Shown: positions 38,668 to 51,566 of the stretch, one piece after another
Position numbering within the stretch: the first letter of the stretch is position 1
Layout of the letters: every line of letters begins with the position of its first letter
NCBI GenBank assembly: GCA_964016885.1
Contig: OZ024745.1
Location: 80,414,001 to 80,478,000, forward strand
Direction of reading: 5' to 3'
Origin: Eledone cirrhosa
Taxonomy: Eukaryota
DNA: 64,000 nt
Program-made: the position numbers and the translations under genes
The notes under the pieces: model-generated
The model's database searches: none
What the model was told of the DNA's origin: nothing
The model's input: the letters and a program-made list of their open reading frames with translations, nothing else

Positions 38668-38713
38668 GAAGCTGGAAGTCTGTTTCACGCTGGTTGGCGT
38701 TCATCAGAGCCAC
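38668..38713 (-). ncRNA. Hammerhead-like motif (family F) with altered cleavage site
   Basis: Minus strand: GGCT-CTGATGA-ACGC caacca GCGT-GAAA-CAGACTTCC-AGCT. Confidence 0.55.
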
Positions 38714-38745
38714 GCACTCCCCTGCTTACATATATATATATATTT

Positions 38746-38777
<32 letters not shown>

Positions 38778-39240
38778 CATGGTCGGGTCGTCGGCAACTA
38801 AACCAGCAACCCCACCAAGCTTTCTTGGTGAGGAGGGTGATATTTGGACACTCTGTGGGATGAAATACAAGAGCTGGCAAAGGGCGGAGGAACTCAGCAG
38901 AGTCAATGGCTATCCAAATAGTACCTTTTTTAAAACTTTTTACCTGGGAGTGAAAGGCCTCCAGTTGTTGTCACAACACCTTCTAGGAGAGGGAAACTCT
39001 GAAAAGAAAACCTGCGGCTTTGGAAGCATCCGATGATGTTGACCAGTTCTCCTTTTCGGTAGTGTTTTTGATGCTCAGAGAGTGGTCAAGTGCAAGACCT
39101 TTCCCCACTTAAAAAACCTTCAAAGCACAGGCATTGCTTGTTCAGGATCTGTTACAGGTTTGTGTGGTTGGCTGTAGCCTAAAATGGCACTAAACTCTGT
39201 AATCTGACAAATGATTGCAATACTCTTAGCAGAGATTGCA

Positions 39241-39278
<38 letters not shown>

Positions 39279-39321
39279 TGCAATCTTTTATTATTTTTAC
39301 TATATATATATATATATATTT

Positions 39322-39537
39322 GTGAAGGCGTGTGGCTGTGTGGTTAGAGAATTGGATTCGCAATCGTAAGGTTGTGAGTTCGATTCCTGGACCAGGTGAT
39401 GCGTTATGTCCTTGAGCAAGACACTTTATTTCACGTTGCTCCTTCTACCTGGAGTTGCGACCGATAGATAGTATTAGCAATTGGAAAGACCAACGGAAAC
39501 ATTGTTCCCTCGGTCCGATTTGACGAAAGTCGATCGT
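39322..39537 (+). mobile_element. tRNA-derived SINE family C
   Basis: GTGGCTGTGTGGTTAG..GAGTTCGATTCC..TGTCCTTGAGCAAGACACTTTA. Confidence 0.9.
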
Positions 39538-39568
39538 TCCTATATATATAGTAAAAATAATAAATTTG

Positions 39569-39619
39569 AGTTTCAGAAGATCCCGTTAAGGGTGAAAGCA
39601 GCGATTCTTTGCTTAAACT
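39569..39619 (+). ncRNA. Hammerhead-like motif with variant core CAGAAGA (family E, copy 2)
   Basis: Identical to 9484-9534 except one stem III loop base. Confidence 0.5.
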
Positions 39620-40189
39620 TTAATCTGTTATTTTAATAAATATATATATATAAAGAAAAAAATCTGAAGTCTATCTCAAGCCCAGATGCTCATCAGGCCT
39701 GTGCTAACCCCAGTTTCCGTGCCATGAAGCAACTAGAGTATAAGGACTTCGCCCTGGACATGATGCTAGTCCATCACAGGGTTAAACCCCCAGCTATTAC
39801 TGGTACTTGTTTTAGCTGAGTATACTGAAGCAGCCTGAGATGAAGTGTTTTGCCCAAGAACAAAACATCCAACCCATAACACCCTTACCATTTGGTCACG
39901 AACCGCCACTATACATATACACATACATAAATATACTTACATATTAAATAGAATATATTTTTACATGACTCACTGGAAGAAGTGTTTGAGGATTCTACCC
40001 CAATGACCCTCTCAAGAATAAATGGGTGAAGAAGAAGAAATATGTAGTAGGGTCGCAGGAAGTTTAGCCAAGAATGTAGGTTGTTTATGTAGCCGTTGCA
40101 CTGGAGCAATAAGCAGCAAACGCCCACAGGAAAAACACGTGCTATCAAATACTGGGAAGGCTCAGTAGAAAGAGTAGACAGCTTCTGCA

Positions 40190-40740
40190 ACCTGAGTGAT
40201 CAAATTAGCAGCACAAGTGGGTGTTCTGTAGGTACAGTAGCAAGAGTGAGAACAAGATGAAAGAAGTTCAAGGAGCTACTACCACTGCTAGCTACAAAAA
40301 GCTTTTCCCTCAAAATGAAAGGCAGACTGTATGATGCGAGCATATGAACAGCAATGTTGCATGCTAGTGAGACATGGGTAGTGTAAGCAGAAGACTTGTG
40401 AAGATTGGAAAGAAATGAGGCTCGCATGATTCGATGGATGTGTAATAGTAATGTACGGGAATGACAAAGCATAAACAAACAGAGAAACTAGGCATAAGAG
40501 GAATCAGATGCAGTGTGCAGGAGAGGAGATTGCATTGGTATGGGCATGTGATGCATATGAAGGATGACAGTTGTAGAAAAAGGTGCAGAGCATTCAAAGT
40601 CAATGGAAGCCTTGGAGTGGGGAGACCCAGAAAGACTTGGGATGAAGTGATAAAAGCTGACCTTGCTCAAAGATGACACAGGACCAAGATCTCTGGAGTT
40701 ATGCAGTAAAACAGAAGACCTGCCTTCCCATGAGCACAGG
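40190..40740 (+). mobile_element. RTE-type LINE fragment
   Basis: KLGIRGIRCSVQERRLHWYGHVMHM..GRPRKTWDEVIKADL. Confidence 0.88.
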
Positions 40741-41007
40741 CTGAAGTTGAAGCATATATATAGTATGCACCCTTCCATACATCTCCCATGAGGACAGGCT
40801 GAAGCATACATCTAGTGAAGCCTCCAGTTCACACTGTAAAGTGGTTGTGTAGGTGTCATGACAAAAAGCACCCATCTCACATTGTAAAGTGGTTGTGTAG
40901 ATGTCACGACAAAAAGCATCCAGTACTCACTGTAAATGTGGTTGGCATTAGGAAGGGCATCCAGAAACCAAGCCAAAATCAGTTCTGTAAGAGCAAGACA
41001 TGATCAC

Positions 41008-41300
41008 CTTATCGTGTCCACAAGAGTATCAGTTACAGAGCTTGGCTAGATGTGGTTCCGCCACAGCTGAACACATTACTGTCTTTTCTCATTAAACTCC
41101 GTCAAGTCCAATGCCGCACAGGGGTGTTCCAGCAGGGGGAATATCAGAAGGTGCTGCGTAGCCTGTGGTTCGATGCCGCAGTCACACACAACGTCCCCAT
41201 CCTTTAAATATCCCCATTTTGCAAGATTGACTTTTGCAGGTTCAACACCAGATCTTAGTCTGTTGAGGCATTTCTACACTGCATAATTTGCATCTGCTCC
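41008..41300 (-). mobile_element. Vingi/Ingi-like LINE 3' end
   Basis: KCLNRLRSGVEPAKVNLAKWGYLKDGDVVCDCGIEPQATQHLL; 3' end GGACACGATAA. Confidence 0.75.
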
Positions 41301-41375
41301 ATTGTTGTTACAGATAGGGAGGTCACCTAACCTGGCATTTCTCACAATAGGACAACTAGTCTAACCCATGCTATT

Positions 41376-41686
41376 GCGTCCGCTTTTTCCCTGCTTGTAA
41401 GGGTGGGACGGGAACTGATTCTGGCTTGATTTCTACAGCTGGATGCCCTTCCTAACACCAACCTCATTTACAGTGAGTGCTGGGTGCTTTTTTTCCGTGG
41501 CACCTGCACGACCACTTTGCAGTGGAATGATATGGACCCCAGTCCCTATCATCTCATTTCTACAGCTGAATAAACTGGAGCAATGTGAAATAAAGTGTCT
41601 TGCTCAAGGAAACAACACATCACCCGGTCTGAGAATTGAACTCACAACCTTTCGATTGCTCTAACCACTAAGCCATGTGCCTCCAT
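41376..41686 (-). mobile_element. SINE family B
   Basis: Matches 10557-10932. Confidence 0.88.
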
Positions 41687-41940
41687 AAATATGTATACAC
41701 ACATCTTTCTAGCTCTCTATATATATATCAAATGTAAAATATATATATGTAGATATATATAGAGAAAAAGAACCACATATCGTAGAGAATACACAATATA
41801 TTGTATATATACTAAATATATATATTTCAGACCCTCTCCTTCAACTAAATTAAAAGTAACAAACTTTGTCCCAAAGAATTTATCGGAATAATGACTTAAC
41901 TAATCAAATGCAACGTAACAATAGTTATAAAGACGAGAAT

Positions 41941-42035
41941 GTGATTGGCTAAATATGTAATTAGTTGTAAAATCAACCAATAAAATGCTGTCTTTAATAT
42001 ATCACACCACATGACAAAATAATAATGGCTGACAA
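41941..42035 (+). promoter_or_regulatory. Candidate CLEC16A promoter: two CCAAT boxes and a YY1-like motif
   Basis: GATTGG at ~41943 and ACCAAT at ~41976 (~32 bp apart); TAATGGCTGAC at ~42023; unique sequence just upstream of exon 1. Confidence 0.55.
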
Positions 42036-42118
42036 CTGCAATGTCGGCTGGCGATCACAAACAATTGACAAAAACAGATCCATGGTTTTATTCTGACACA
42101 GATTTCGATTCGATCAGG

Positions 42119-42195
42119 ATGCTTAGGAGGTCTAAAAATTGGTTACCTGGAGCTCTGTGGAAGCCCAAAAACCCTCATTCTCTGGAACACCTCAA
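42119..42195 (+). CDS. CLEC16A: First coding exon of CLEC16A (ema/gop-1 family)
   Basis: ATG(42119) MLRRSKNWLPGALWKPKNPHSLEHL + AA|GTAAGT donor at 42196. KPKNPHSLEHLK matches my recollection of the CLEC16A/Ema N-terminus (human ..NIHSLDHLK), with a phase-2 intron at the Lys. Confidence 0.85.
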
Positions 42196-42305
42196 GTAAG
42201 TAATGTTATGTGCAAGTTGTTGATTAGCAGACTGGTTGGTTGATGTATACGTTGTAAATCACCAGACATACGGAGAAACTACAAACACACGTACTGATAT
42301 AGACA

Positions 42306-42350
<45 letters not shown>

Positions 42351-42827
42351 TGTCATAATTATATGTATATAAATATATATAAGTATTGAAGTTTCCGTTG
42401 AAAATTGAAAAAGTCATAGGAGTGAAGAGTGCTCTATGTAAGTTACAGAGCTAAATTTAATGTATAATAAACAATACAATATAATTACCTCATTACCAGA
42501 GGTTTCCCGAATAAATATATTGTATTGTTTATTATACATTATAAATATATATATACATATATTGTACTTATGTATGTGTGTATAAGTATATATATATGTA
42601 CTTACGTATATCTATATAGATGTCCCACACTGTAGATGTGGTTGCTGTTAGGAAGGGCATCCAGCTGGAAAAACCCCGACCAAATTTACAGTTCTGTCAG
42701 CAGGGTACGGCGTGACCAATCCCGGCCAGACTTGTCTTTCGACGCGAACGACTTGTCTGACCCATGCAAGCATGGAAAAATGGACGTTAAACAACGATGA
42801 TGATGGTGTACTATCATTGATGATGTG

Positions 42828-42889
<62 letters not shown>

Positions 42890-42898
<9 letters not shown>

Positions 42899-43065
42899 AT
42901 ATATATAGATGTCTGTATATATATATGTATATATAGATGTGTGTATATAGATATAGATGTGTGTATATAGATATAGATGTGTGTATATATATAGATGTGT
43001 GTATATATAGATGTGTGTATATAGATGTGTGTATATAGATGTGTGTATATATATAGATGTCTGTG

Positions 43066-43096
<31 letters not shown>

Positions 43097-43614
43097 ATAT
43101 ATGTATATATAGATGTGTGTGTATATATATATATATAGATGTGTGTGTATATATATATATATATAGATGTGCGTGTATATATATATATGTATATATAGAT
43201 GTGTGTGTGTGTGTATATAGATGTGTGTGTATAAATATATATATGTATATATAAATGTGTGCGTATATTTATATATGTATATATAGATGTGTGTATATAT
43301 ATGTATATATAGATGTGTATATATATATGTATATATAGATGTGTATATATATATGTATATATAGATGTGTATATATATATGTATATATAGATGTGTATAT
43401 ATATATGTATATATAGATGTGTATATATATATGTATATATAGATGTGTATATATATATGTATATATAGATGTGTATATATATATGTATATATAGATGTGT
43501 AATATATAGATGTGTATATATATATGTATATATAGATGTGTATATATATATGTATATATAGATGTGTATATATATATGTATATATAGATGTGTATATATA
43601 TATGTATATATAAA

Positions 43615-43654
<40 letters not shown>

Positions 43655-43750
43655 GATGTGTGTGTAAACTTATGTATATATAGATGTGTGTCTGTATACA
43701 TATGTATATGTATATATAGATCTGTGTATATGTATATATAGGTGTGTATA
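42890..43750. repeat. Compound micro/minisatellite (ATATAGATGTGT...), ~26 bp higher-order unit
   Basis: Regular ATATAGATGTGTATATATATATGTAT units at ~43290-43610. Confidence 0.9.
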
Positions 43751-44487
43751 TGTGTAATTATATATATATACTCACTAAAGTTAAAAGGAGAAAAATACTT
43801 CACATATTTGAGAGAGAAAAAAATACTCGAATCTAAACTATAATAAAGGTATATTTAATAAGAAATATTGTCAAATGACGAGCAGTGTTAATTAATCTTC
43901 AACCAATTTCTTTAGAAAAATAAATAAGAGAAAAAAAATTGAAGCTAATCAAACGGGGAATTTACAAATTCGAAAATCTATAAAATTAGAAATCAATTAA
44001 AAAAAATAGTTTCTTTTGAAGACCCTAAATTAAAAAAAAGACAAAAAAGAAAAAACACACAGAAAAAAAAAAACTAGAAGTGATGTTTATGCTCTTCGTA
44101 ATGGCTTTAGCAGCGATAAACATTATGAATTGATCATATATAGATTAGAAAAAAATATGTTATATATATTTTTGAAGAGGCGGTGATAGAAAATTGTATT
44201 TCATTTATACAGCTAGCGTTGTTCACGTAAGATACATTTCCTGTTATTTTATTTAATTGTTATCAACTGAGTTGATAGTTAAACCATGTTTTTCCCCCCC
44301 ATCCTCCTCCTGTTAACAATTTGTATACGTGTTTATACATTTTATATAATTCTGCCATTTCAGTTTTCCGCACGCATTCCGCACGCACATCCGCATATAT
44401 ATATATATATATATCCTGATGATTTCATACGAATAAAACACTTTTAGTCCTATAGAATTCATTTCTTTCTTTATATATAATATATAT

Positions 44488-44663
44488 ATAGGAAAAGTAT
44501 GACCCCGACGGCAGAGCTCAAGCCGTTTCGATGGCTATTTCTGGACTCAGAAATAGCCGTCGAAACGGCTTGAGCACTGCCGTCGGGGTCATACTTTTTC
44601 CTATTTCCCACTCTACTACCCTAAGTATTGAGTACTCTGGTGCGTTATGGTCCATCTAGTTCA
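44488..44663. mobile_element. Hammerhead family D fold-back: near-perfect hairpin centred on stem II
   Basis: Palindrome 44488-44604 with loop GACT (44544-44547); right arm reads GAAAC-GGC-ttgagcact-GCC-GTC-GGGGTC. Confidence 0.8.
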
Positions 44664-44685
44664 TATATATATAATATTATATATA

Positions 44686-44808
44686 TGATCTGAGTTCAAA
44701 TTCCGCCGAGGTTAATTTTGCCTTTCATCCTTACGGGGTCGCTAAAATAAAGTACCAGTAATGCACTGGGATAATTGCAGGCCTTGTGCCAAAAGTAGAA
44801 ACAATTAT
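44686..44808 (+). mobile_element. SINE family A, truncated
   Basis: B-box to tail match. Confidence 0.9.
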
Positions 44809-44896
44809 ATATATATATAATATATATATATATATAATATATATATATATATAATATATAATATATATATATATATAATATATATATATATATAAT

Positions 44897-44949
<53 letters not shown>

Positions 44950-44986
44950 ATATATATATAATATATATATATATATAATATATATA

Positions 44987-45017
<31 letters not shown>

Positions 45018-45102
45018 ATATAATATATATATATATATATAATATATATATATATAATATATATATATATAATATATATATATATAATATATATATATAT
45101 AT

Positions 45103-45133
<31 letters not shown>

Positions 45134-45148
45134 ATATTTATATATATA

Positions 45149-45179
<31 letters not shown>

Positions 45180-45190
45180 ATATATAATAT

Positions 45191-45276
<86 letters not shown>

Positions 45277-45485
45277 AATATATATATATATTTCGTTTCT
45301 GAATTTGTTTAGCAAGATTCTTTATCTGAAATCGTGTGTTGAAACCGATATTGTTCGTGTGTTTCTTATTGGCAACATGACCCTCCCAAAGTATAACAAT
45401 ATATATATATATTATATATATATATTATATATATATATAATATATATATATATATATTATATATATATATATATATATAATATAT

Positions 45486-45529
<44 letters not shown>

Positions 45530-45534
45530 AATAT

Positions 45535-45567
<33 letters not shown>

Positions 45568-45592
45568 TATATAATATATATATATATAATAT

Positions 45593-45643
<51 letters not shown>

Positions 45644-45647
45644 ATAT

Positions 45648-45701
<54 letters not shown>

Positions 45702-45712
45702 ATATATAACAT

Positions 45713-45757
<45 letters not shown>

Positions 45758-45768
45758 ATATATAACAT

Positions 45769-45819
<51 letters not shown>

Positions 45820-45872
45820 ATATATAACATTATATATATAATATATATATATATATTATATATATATAATAT

Positions 45873-45914
<42 letters not shown>

Positions 45915-45962
45915 AAAATTATATATATAACATTATATATATATATTATATATATATAATAT

Positions 45963-46004
<42 letters not shown>

Positions 46005-46705
46005 AAAATTATATATATAACATTATATATATATAACATTATATATATATAACATTATATATATATAACATTATATATATATAACATTATATATATATAT
46101 ATATATAACATTATATATATATATATAACTTATATATATATATAACATTATATATATATATAACATTATATATATATATAACATTATATATATATATAAC
46201 ATTATATATATATATAACATTATATATATATATATAACATTATATATATATATAACATTATATATATATATATAACATTATATATATATATAACATTATA
46301 TATATATATAACATTATATATATATATATAACATTATATATATATATATAACATTATATATATATATAACATTATATATATATATATAACATTATATATA
46401 TATATATAACATTTTATATATATATATAACATTTTATATATATATATAACATTATATATATATATATAACATTATATATATATATATAACATTATATATA
46501 TATATATAACATTATATATATATATATAACATTATATATATATATATAACATTATATATATATAACATTATATATATATATATAACATTATATATATATA
46601 ACATTATATATATATATATATAACATATATATATATATATTATATATATATAATATTATATATATATATATATAGCATATATATATATATATAATATTAT
46701 ATATA
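44809..46705. repeat. (TA)n-derived array with TATAACATTA variant units
   Basis: Direct reading; a family A fragment interrupts it at ~45291-45400. Confidence 0.95.
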
Positions 46706-47490
46706 TTCTATTCTAAGGCGGGTAAAATTCCCGAGATCCATGGACGAGTTCTCTCCAGCGGTCTTTGTCCCTCATTATCGCTGCCATGTCCTGCGTCTCC
46801 AATAGACCAGTGTCTGTCCTTAGGGCATCAACATACGTTAACCTTGGTCTTCCACTTCTAGTGTGTCCATGTAGGGGCTCCCAAAGGAGCACTGAGTGCA
46901 ATGTCAACTCTGGATGTCGGTGAGCATGTCCAGCTAACCTCAGTCTCCTCTGTGTCACTTTTGAGCTGACTTTTGGGATGCTCCCATACAGCTCTTTTTA
47001 TCATCGTAGTGGACTATTGTATGCGCTTTGCACTGGAGAAACACCAGGACTCTGGCTTTACTGTGGCAGAGGATTTGATGCGGGAGGTTGAGACTGTGTC
47101 GATGAGTGTGGGGCTGAGAATGAATGAGACTAAAACAAAATATCCGGTAGAGAATGTTGAGAAGCCAGAGGGGATCACTAATGTAAGCGGGAAGCCGCTA
47201 GAATTGGTTGAGGGCTTCCTGTATTTGGGAGCAAAGATTGGGAATACGGAAGATGATGTGGTTGAGAGGAAGAGCAAGGCCTGGGCGGCGTGCCACAGCT
47301 TGAGATCGGTGTGGAAGTCGGACCTTCGTAGAGACCTGAAAATCCGCCTCTTCATGCTGTAGTGGAGTCTGTGCTGCTGTATGGGTCTGAGACTTGGACA
47401 CTGACCAAGAAACTCACTCAGATGGTGGATGGGTGCTACACGAGAATGCTGAGGATGGCTCTGAACATTAATCAGTATACACTGAGGATT
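46706..47490 (-). mobile_element. RTE-type LINE with 5' inversion
   Basis: 46713-46970 (-) is the ORF C-terminus QRRLRLAGHAHRHPE..GRP..DRWRELV; 46973-47488 (+) is the upstream RT segment ..FLYLGAKI..YGSETWTLT..RMLRMAL. Confidence 0.88.
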
Positions 47491-47689
47491 ATATATATAT
47501 ATATATAATATTATATATATATATATAATGGTGTGTGTGTTTGTATGCATGAATGAGTGTTGGTATGTGAGTGGCGTGTGTGTGGTTGTGGTTTGTATGC
47601 AGGAGTGTTGTGTGTGAGTGTGTGCGTCGTGTCAATAAGTTTTTTTTTTTTTTAATGACCATGCTGTAAAATGGAGGGGTAGAGAGGGC

Positions 47690-49630
47690 CCTTGAGTCTA
47701 GTAAGACATCCTCTCTAGTGCTGGTGGCACAAATAAAAGCACCCAGTCCATGCTGTAAAGTGGCCCTGGTGTTAGGAAGGGCATCCAACCAGTATATCAA
47801 TGCCAAAACGCTTGTCAGCACAGCAACAAATAGGAACAACAACAAAATATGAAAACGTCACATCTCAGAATTGCAACACTTAATGTTGGCACTCTCAGAG
47901 GTAGATCTGCTGAAATAGTGGAGATGCTGGAGAGAAGGCAGGTGGATGTGTGCTGCAAGAGGTGAGATGGAGAGGTGCTTCTGCAAGACTAGTCGTAGGC
48001 AAACGTCTTAGCTATAAGCTATTCTGGGTAGGTAAGGATGATGGGTTAGGAGGAGTAGGCATTTTCCTGGCTGAGAAATGGATCAATAAGACAATAGAGG
48101 TAGTTCGAGTTAGTAATTGAATAATTAAGCTTAGATTAGTTGTAGGAAGGAGACTACTGACAATCATCTCGGCCTATGCTCCCCAGCAGGCTTAGGCAAA
48201 GATGAGAAAGACTGCTATTATGAGCAACTTTTACAAACAACCGCAATGACAGAGGACGGAGACATCGTTATGCTAGCAGGGGACTTCAATGGTCATGTTG
48301 GACAGCTCCAGGAAGGTTACACTGGGGTACATGGTGGGCACGGTTACAGTTCAAGAAATGAAGGAGTGAGACTTCTTGAATTTTGTGATGCAGGTACATT
48401 GACTATTTGCAACACAAATTCCAGGAACCTGCCAATCACTTAATAACCTACAAATCTGGTGAGCACATAAGCCAGATTGACTTCTTACTAGTTAGGCAGC
48501 GGGACAGGCAGATAGTGTCTAATACCAAGGCATACCCTGGGGAAGAATGTACCCCACAGCATAGGTTAGTTGTTAGTGATATCTCAGTAAGCAAGAGATG
48601 GAATGAGACATATAGGAAGGTGTGGAGAAGAAAGGTCTGGAAGCTAAAAGACCTTTCACTAAAATACAAATTTAGGAAAGCCCTTTAAGATGTATATGAC
48701 GAAAAAGAAGACGATTTAGAGACGTATGACATAGATAATAACTGGAATTTCTTACGTGTCAACTTGCTGCAGGCTACTGATGAAACTTGTGGCTGGAGCA
48801 GAGCTCCAACCAGACAGAGAGTGACCTGGTGGTGGAACAGCACAGTAGATAAGGCGATTAGAGACTAAAGACTAGCATGGAAGGCTTGGAAAAAGGGTGG
48901 GAGTGGGGAAGAATATACAGCCACTAAGAGAGAAGCTAAACGTCAGGTGTACTTAGCACGCAGGGAGGCAGAGAGTAGGAGGTTTGCCAATGTTCTGCGA
49001 CGGGAAGATCAGAGGCGTGCGGTGTTCCACATTGCAAGGCAGTGTGTCAATGCAAATCAGGATGTTGTTGGAGATAAATGTGTCCGGGATGATGCCGGTG
49101 TACTTAGTGTCACGAATGATCAGAAAAGGAAGGCCTGAAATGTCATTATGAGAGACTGATGAATGTGGAGAACAAATGGGAGAGAGAGAAATTACCCTTG
49201 GTAGATCCGACAGAGGGACCAGCTATTGAGATTGACGAATATAGGGTCCAAGAGGCGATTAGGGAAATGAAAAATGGTAAGGCTGCCGGACCATCGGGAA
49301 TAGTTGCTGAGATGCTGAAGGCGTCAGGGGGACGTAGGCACTAAATTGGTTGCACGCATCATCAATCAGGCTATATATGGTGGTGTCATACCCAAAGACT
49401 GGTGCAGCAGTATTCTCATAAATTGCTACAAAGGTAAAGGGGATGCTCTGGAGAGGAGCAATTATAGGGGTATGAAACTGATAGATCAGGTTATGAAAGT
49501 TGCAGAAAGGATTTTAGCACAATTAATTAGAGAAAGGGTCAAACTAGATGAGATGCAGTTTGGTTTTATGCCTGGGAAGAGTACAACAGATGGCCTCTTC
49601 TTGGTGAGACATTTGCAAGAGAGGTTCTCC
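47690..49630 (+). mobile_element. RTE-type LINE 5' part (APE endonuclease and start of RT), decayed
   Basis: LRIATLNVGTL, AGDFNGHVG, SQIDFLLVR, QHRLVV, NYRGMKLI, MQFGFMPGKSTTD; several stops and frameshifts. Confidence 0.93.
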
Positions 49631-49634
49631 AGGA

Positions 49635-49823
49635 AACTGGAGCACTGTGAAATAAAGTGTCTTGCTCAAGGAAACAACACATCGCCCGGTCTGAGAATTG
49701 AACTCACAACCTTTCGATTGCAAGGCCAATGCTCTAACCACTCAGTCATATATATATATATATATATGCAATCGAAAAGTTGTGAGTTCAATTCTCAGAC
49801 CGGGCGATGTGTTGTTTCCTTGA
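49635..49823. mobile_element. SINE B head with local inverted duplication around (TA)n
   Basis: ~49666-49722 is mirrored at ~49767-49824. Confidence 0.8.
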
Positions 49824-50278
49824 CCCTTTCTCTACGGTTAGCTCTCCTCTTTGTTGTTATCTTGTCTCACTCGCTTTACGCGTTTTAATTGTCCTAATAA
49901 CTTAATTTAGTTATTATTGCACCGACGTGAGGTATATGATTTTTAATGCAATGAAATATCTATGATCGTCGGCAAATCACTGATGAGGGACTCATTTTAT
50001 TACATATTATCCATGTGCAACCTGCAGTATTCTTCTCCCCATTTTTTTCACATATATATATATATATAATATTATATTATATATTATATATATATATATA
50101 CTATATATATATATATATATAATATTATATTATATATATATATAATATTATATATTATATATATATATAATATTATATATTATATATATATTATATATAT
50201 ATATTATATTATATATATTATATTATATATATTATATTATATATTATATATATATATAATATTATATTATATTATATA

Positions 50279-50469
50279 GGCGGTGGATTGGCAGTATCGG
50301 TAGAGGGTCGGACGCCATGCTTTGTCGCATAGAGTTACGGCCCTTGCCATTCTGAGTTCAAATCCCACCGAGGTTAACTTTGCATTTCATCCTTAAGGGG
50401 TCGATAAAATAAAGTACCAGTAATACACTGGGTAATTGCTGGCCTTGTGCCTCACGTAGAAACAATTAT
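50279..50469 (+). mobile_element. SINE family A
   Basis: Full length, inside an AT array. Confidence 0.92.
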
Positions 50470-50502
50470 ATTATATATTATATATATATATAATATTATA
50501 TA

Positions 50503-51003
50503 GTTTTGCGAGGTTTTCTATATGAAATCATGTGTCGAAACAAATATTGTTATACTTGGGGAGGGTCATATTTGTGTAATATTGCCAGAATTAATAACAG
50601 AACACACTCACTGTTTGGTTGGTTTTCGCTTTTCGCTTCTGTGTCTTTTATATCGGTAACCTAATTTACTCGGTCCTCAATGCGGTCAAAAATAATGCAG
50701 ATACAATATGAACACAAACACATATATATAGTTTATCATAAATCTTTCGTTGCACATCTAACAATGTTGCAGACGTGCAACGAAAGATTTATGATAAACT
50801 ATATATATGTGTTTGTGTCCATATTGTATCTGTATTATTTTTGACCGTCGGTCAATCAATGGCAACATTGAGGACCGAGTAAATTAGGTTACCGATATAA
50901 AAGACACAGAAGCGAAAAGCGAAAACCAACCAAACAGTGAGTGTGTTCTGTTATTAATTCTGGCAATATTACACAAATATGACCCTCCCCAAGTATAACA
51001 ATA
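50503..51003. mobile_element. Hammerhead family A fold-back, ~210-230 bp near-perfect arms
   Basis: Palindrome 50545-51003; centre GTTGCA gacg TGCAAC-GAAA-GATT-TA-TGATA at 50766-50796. Confidence 0.88.
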
Positions 51004-51566
51004 ATATTATATATATATGTAATATTATATATAATATTATATATATATGTAATATTATATATAATATTATATATATATGTAATATTATATATAATATAAT
51101 ATATATATATGTAATATTATATATAATATAATATATATATATGTAATATTATATATAATATAATATATATATATGTAATATTATATATAATATAATATAT
51201 ATATATGTAATATTATATATAATATAATATATATATATGTAATATTATATATAATATTATATATATATGTAATATTATATATAATATTATATATATATGT
51301 AATATTATATATAATATTATATATATATGTAATATTATATATAATATTATATATATATGTAATATTATATATAATATTATATATATATGTAATATTATAT
51401 ATAATATTATATATATATGTAATATTATATATAATATTATATATATATGTAATATTATATATAATATTATATATAATATATATATATATAATATTATATA
51501 TATATTATATATATATATAATATATATATATAATATTATATATATAATATATATATATATATAATA

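Noticed and set aside
39322-39400. tRNA gene
   Set aside because: tRNA-like head continues into a SINE body; dispersed diverged copies
42814-43803. 329-aa ORF and other YI/HT-rich ORFs
   Set aside because: Translations of microsatellite sequence
44410-44450. CTGATGA near (TA)n
   Set aside because: No stem II followed by GAAA
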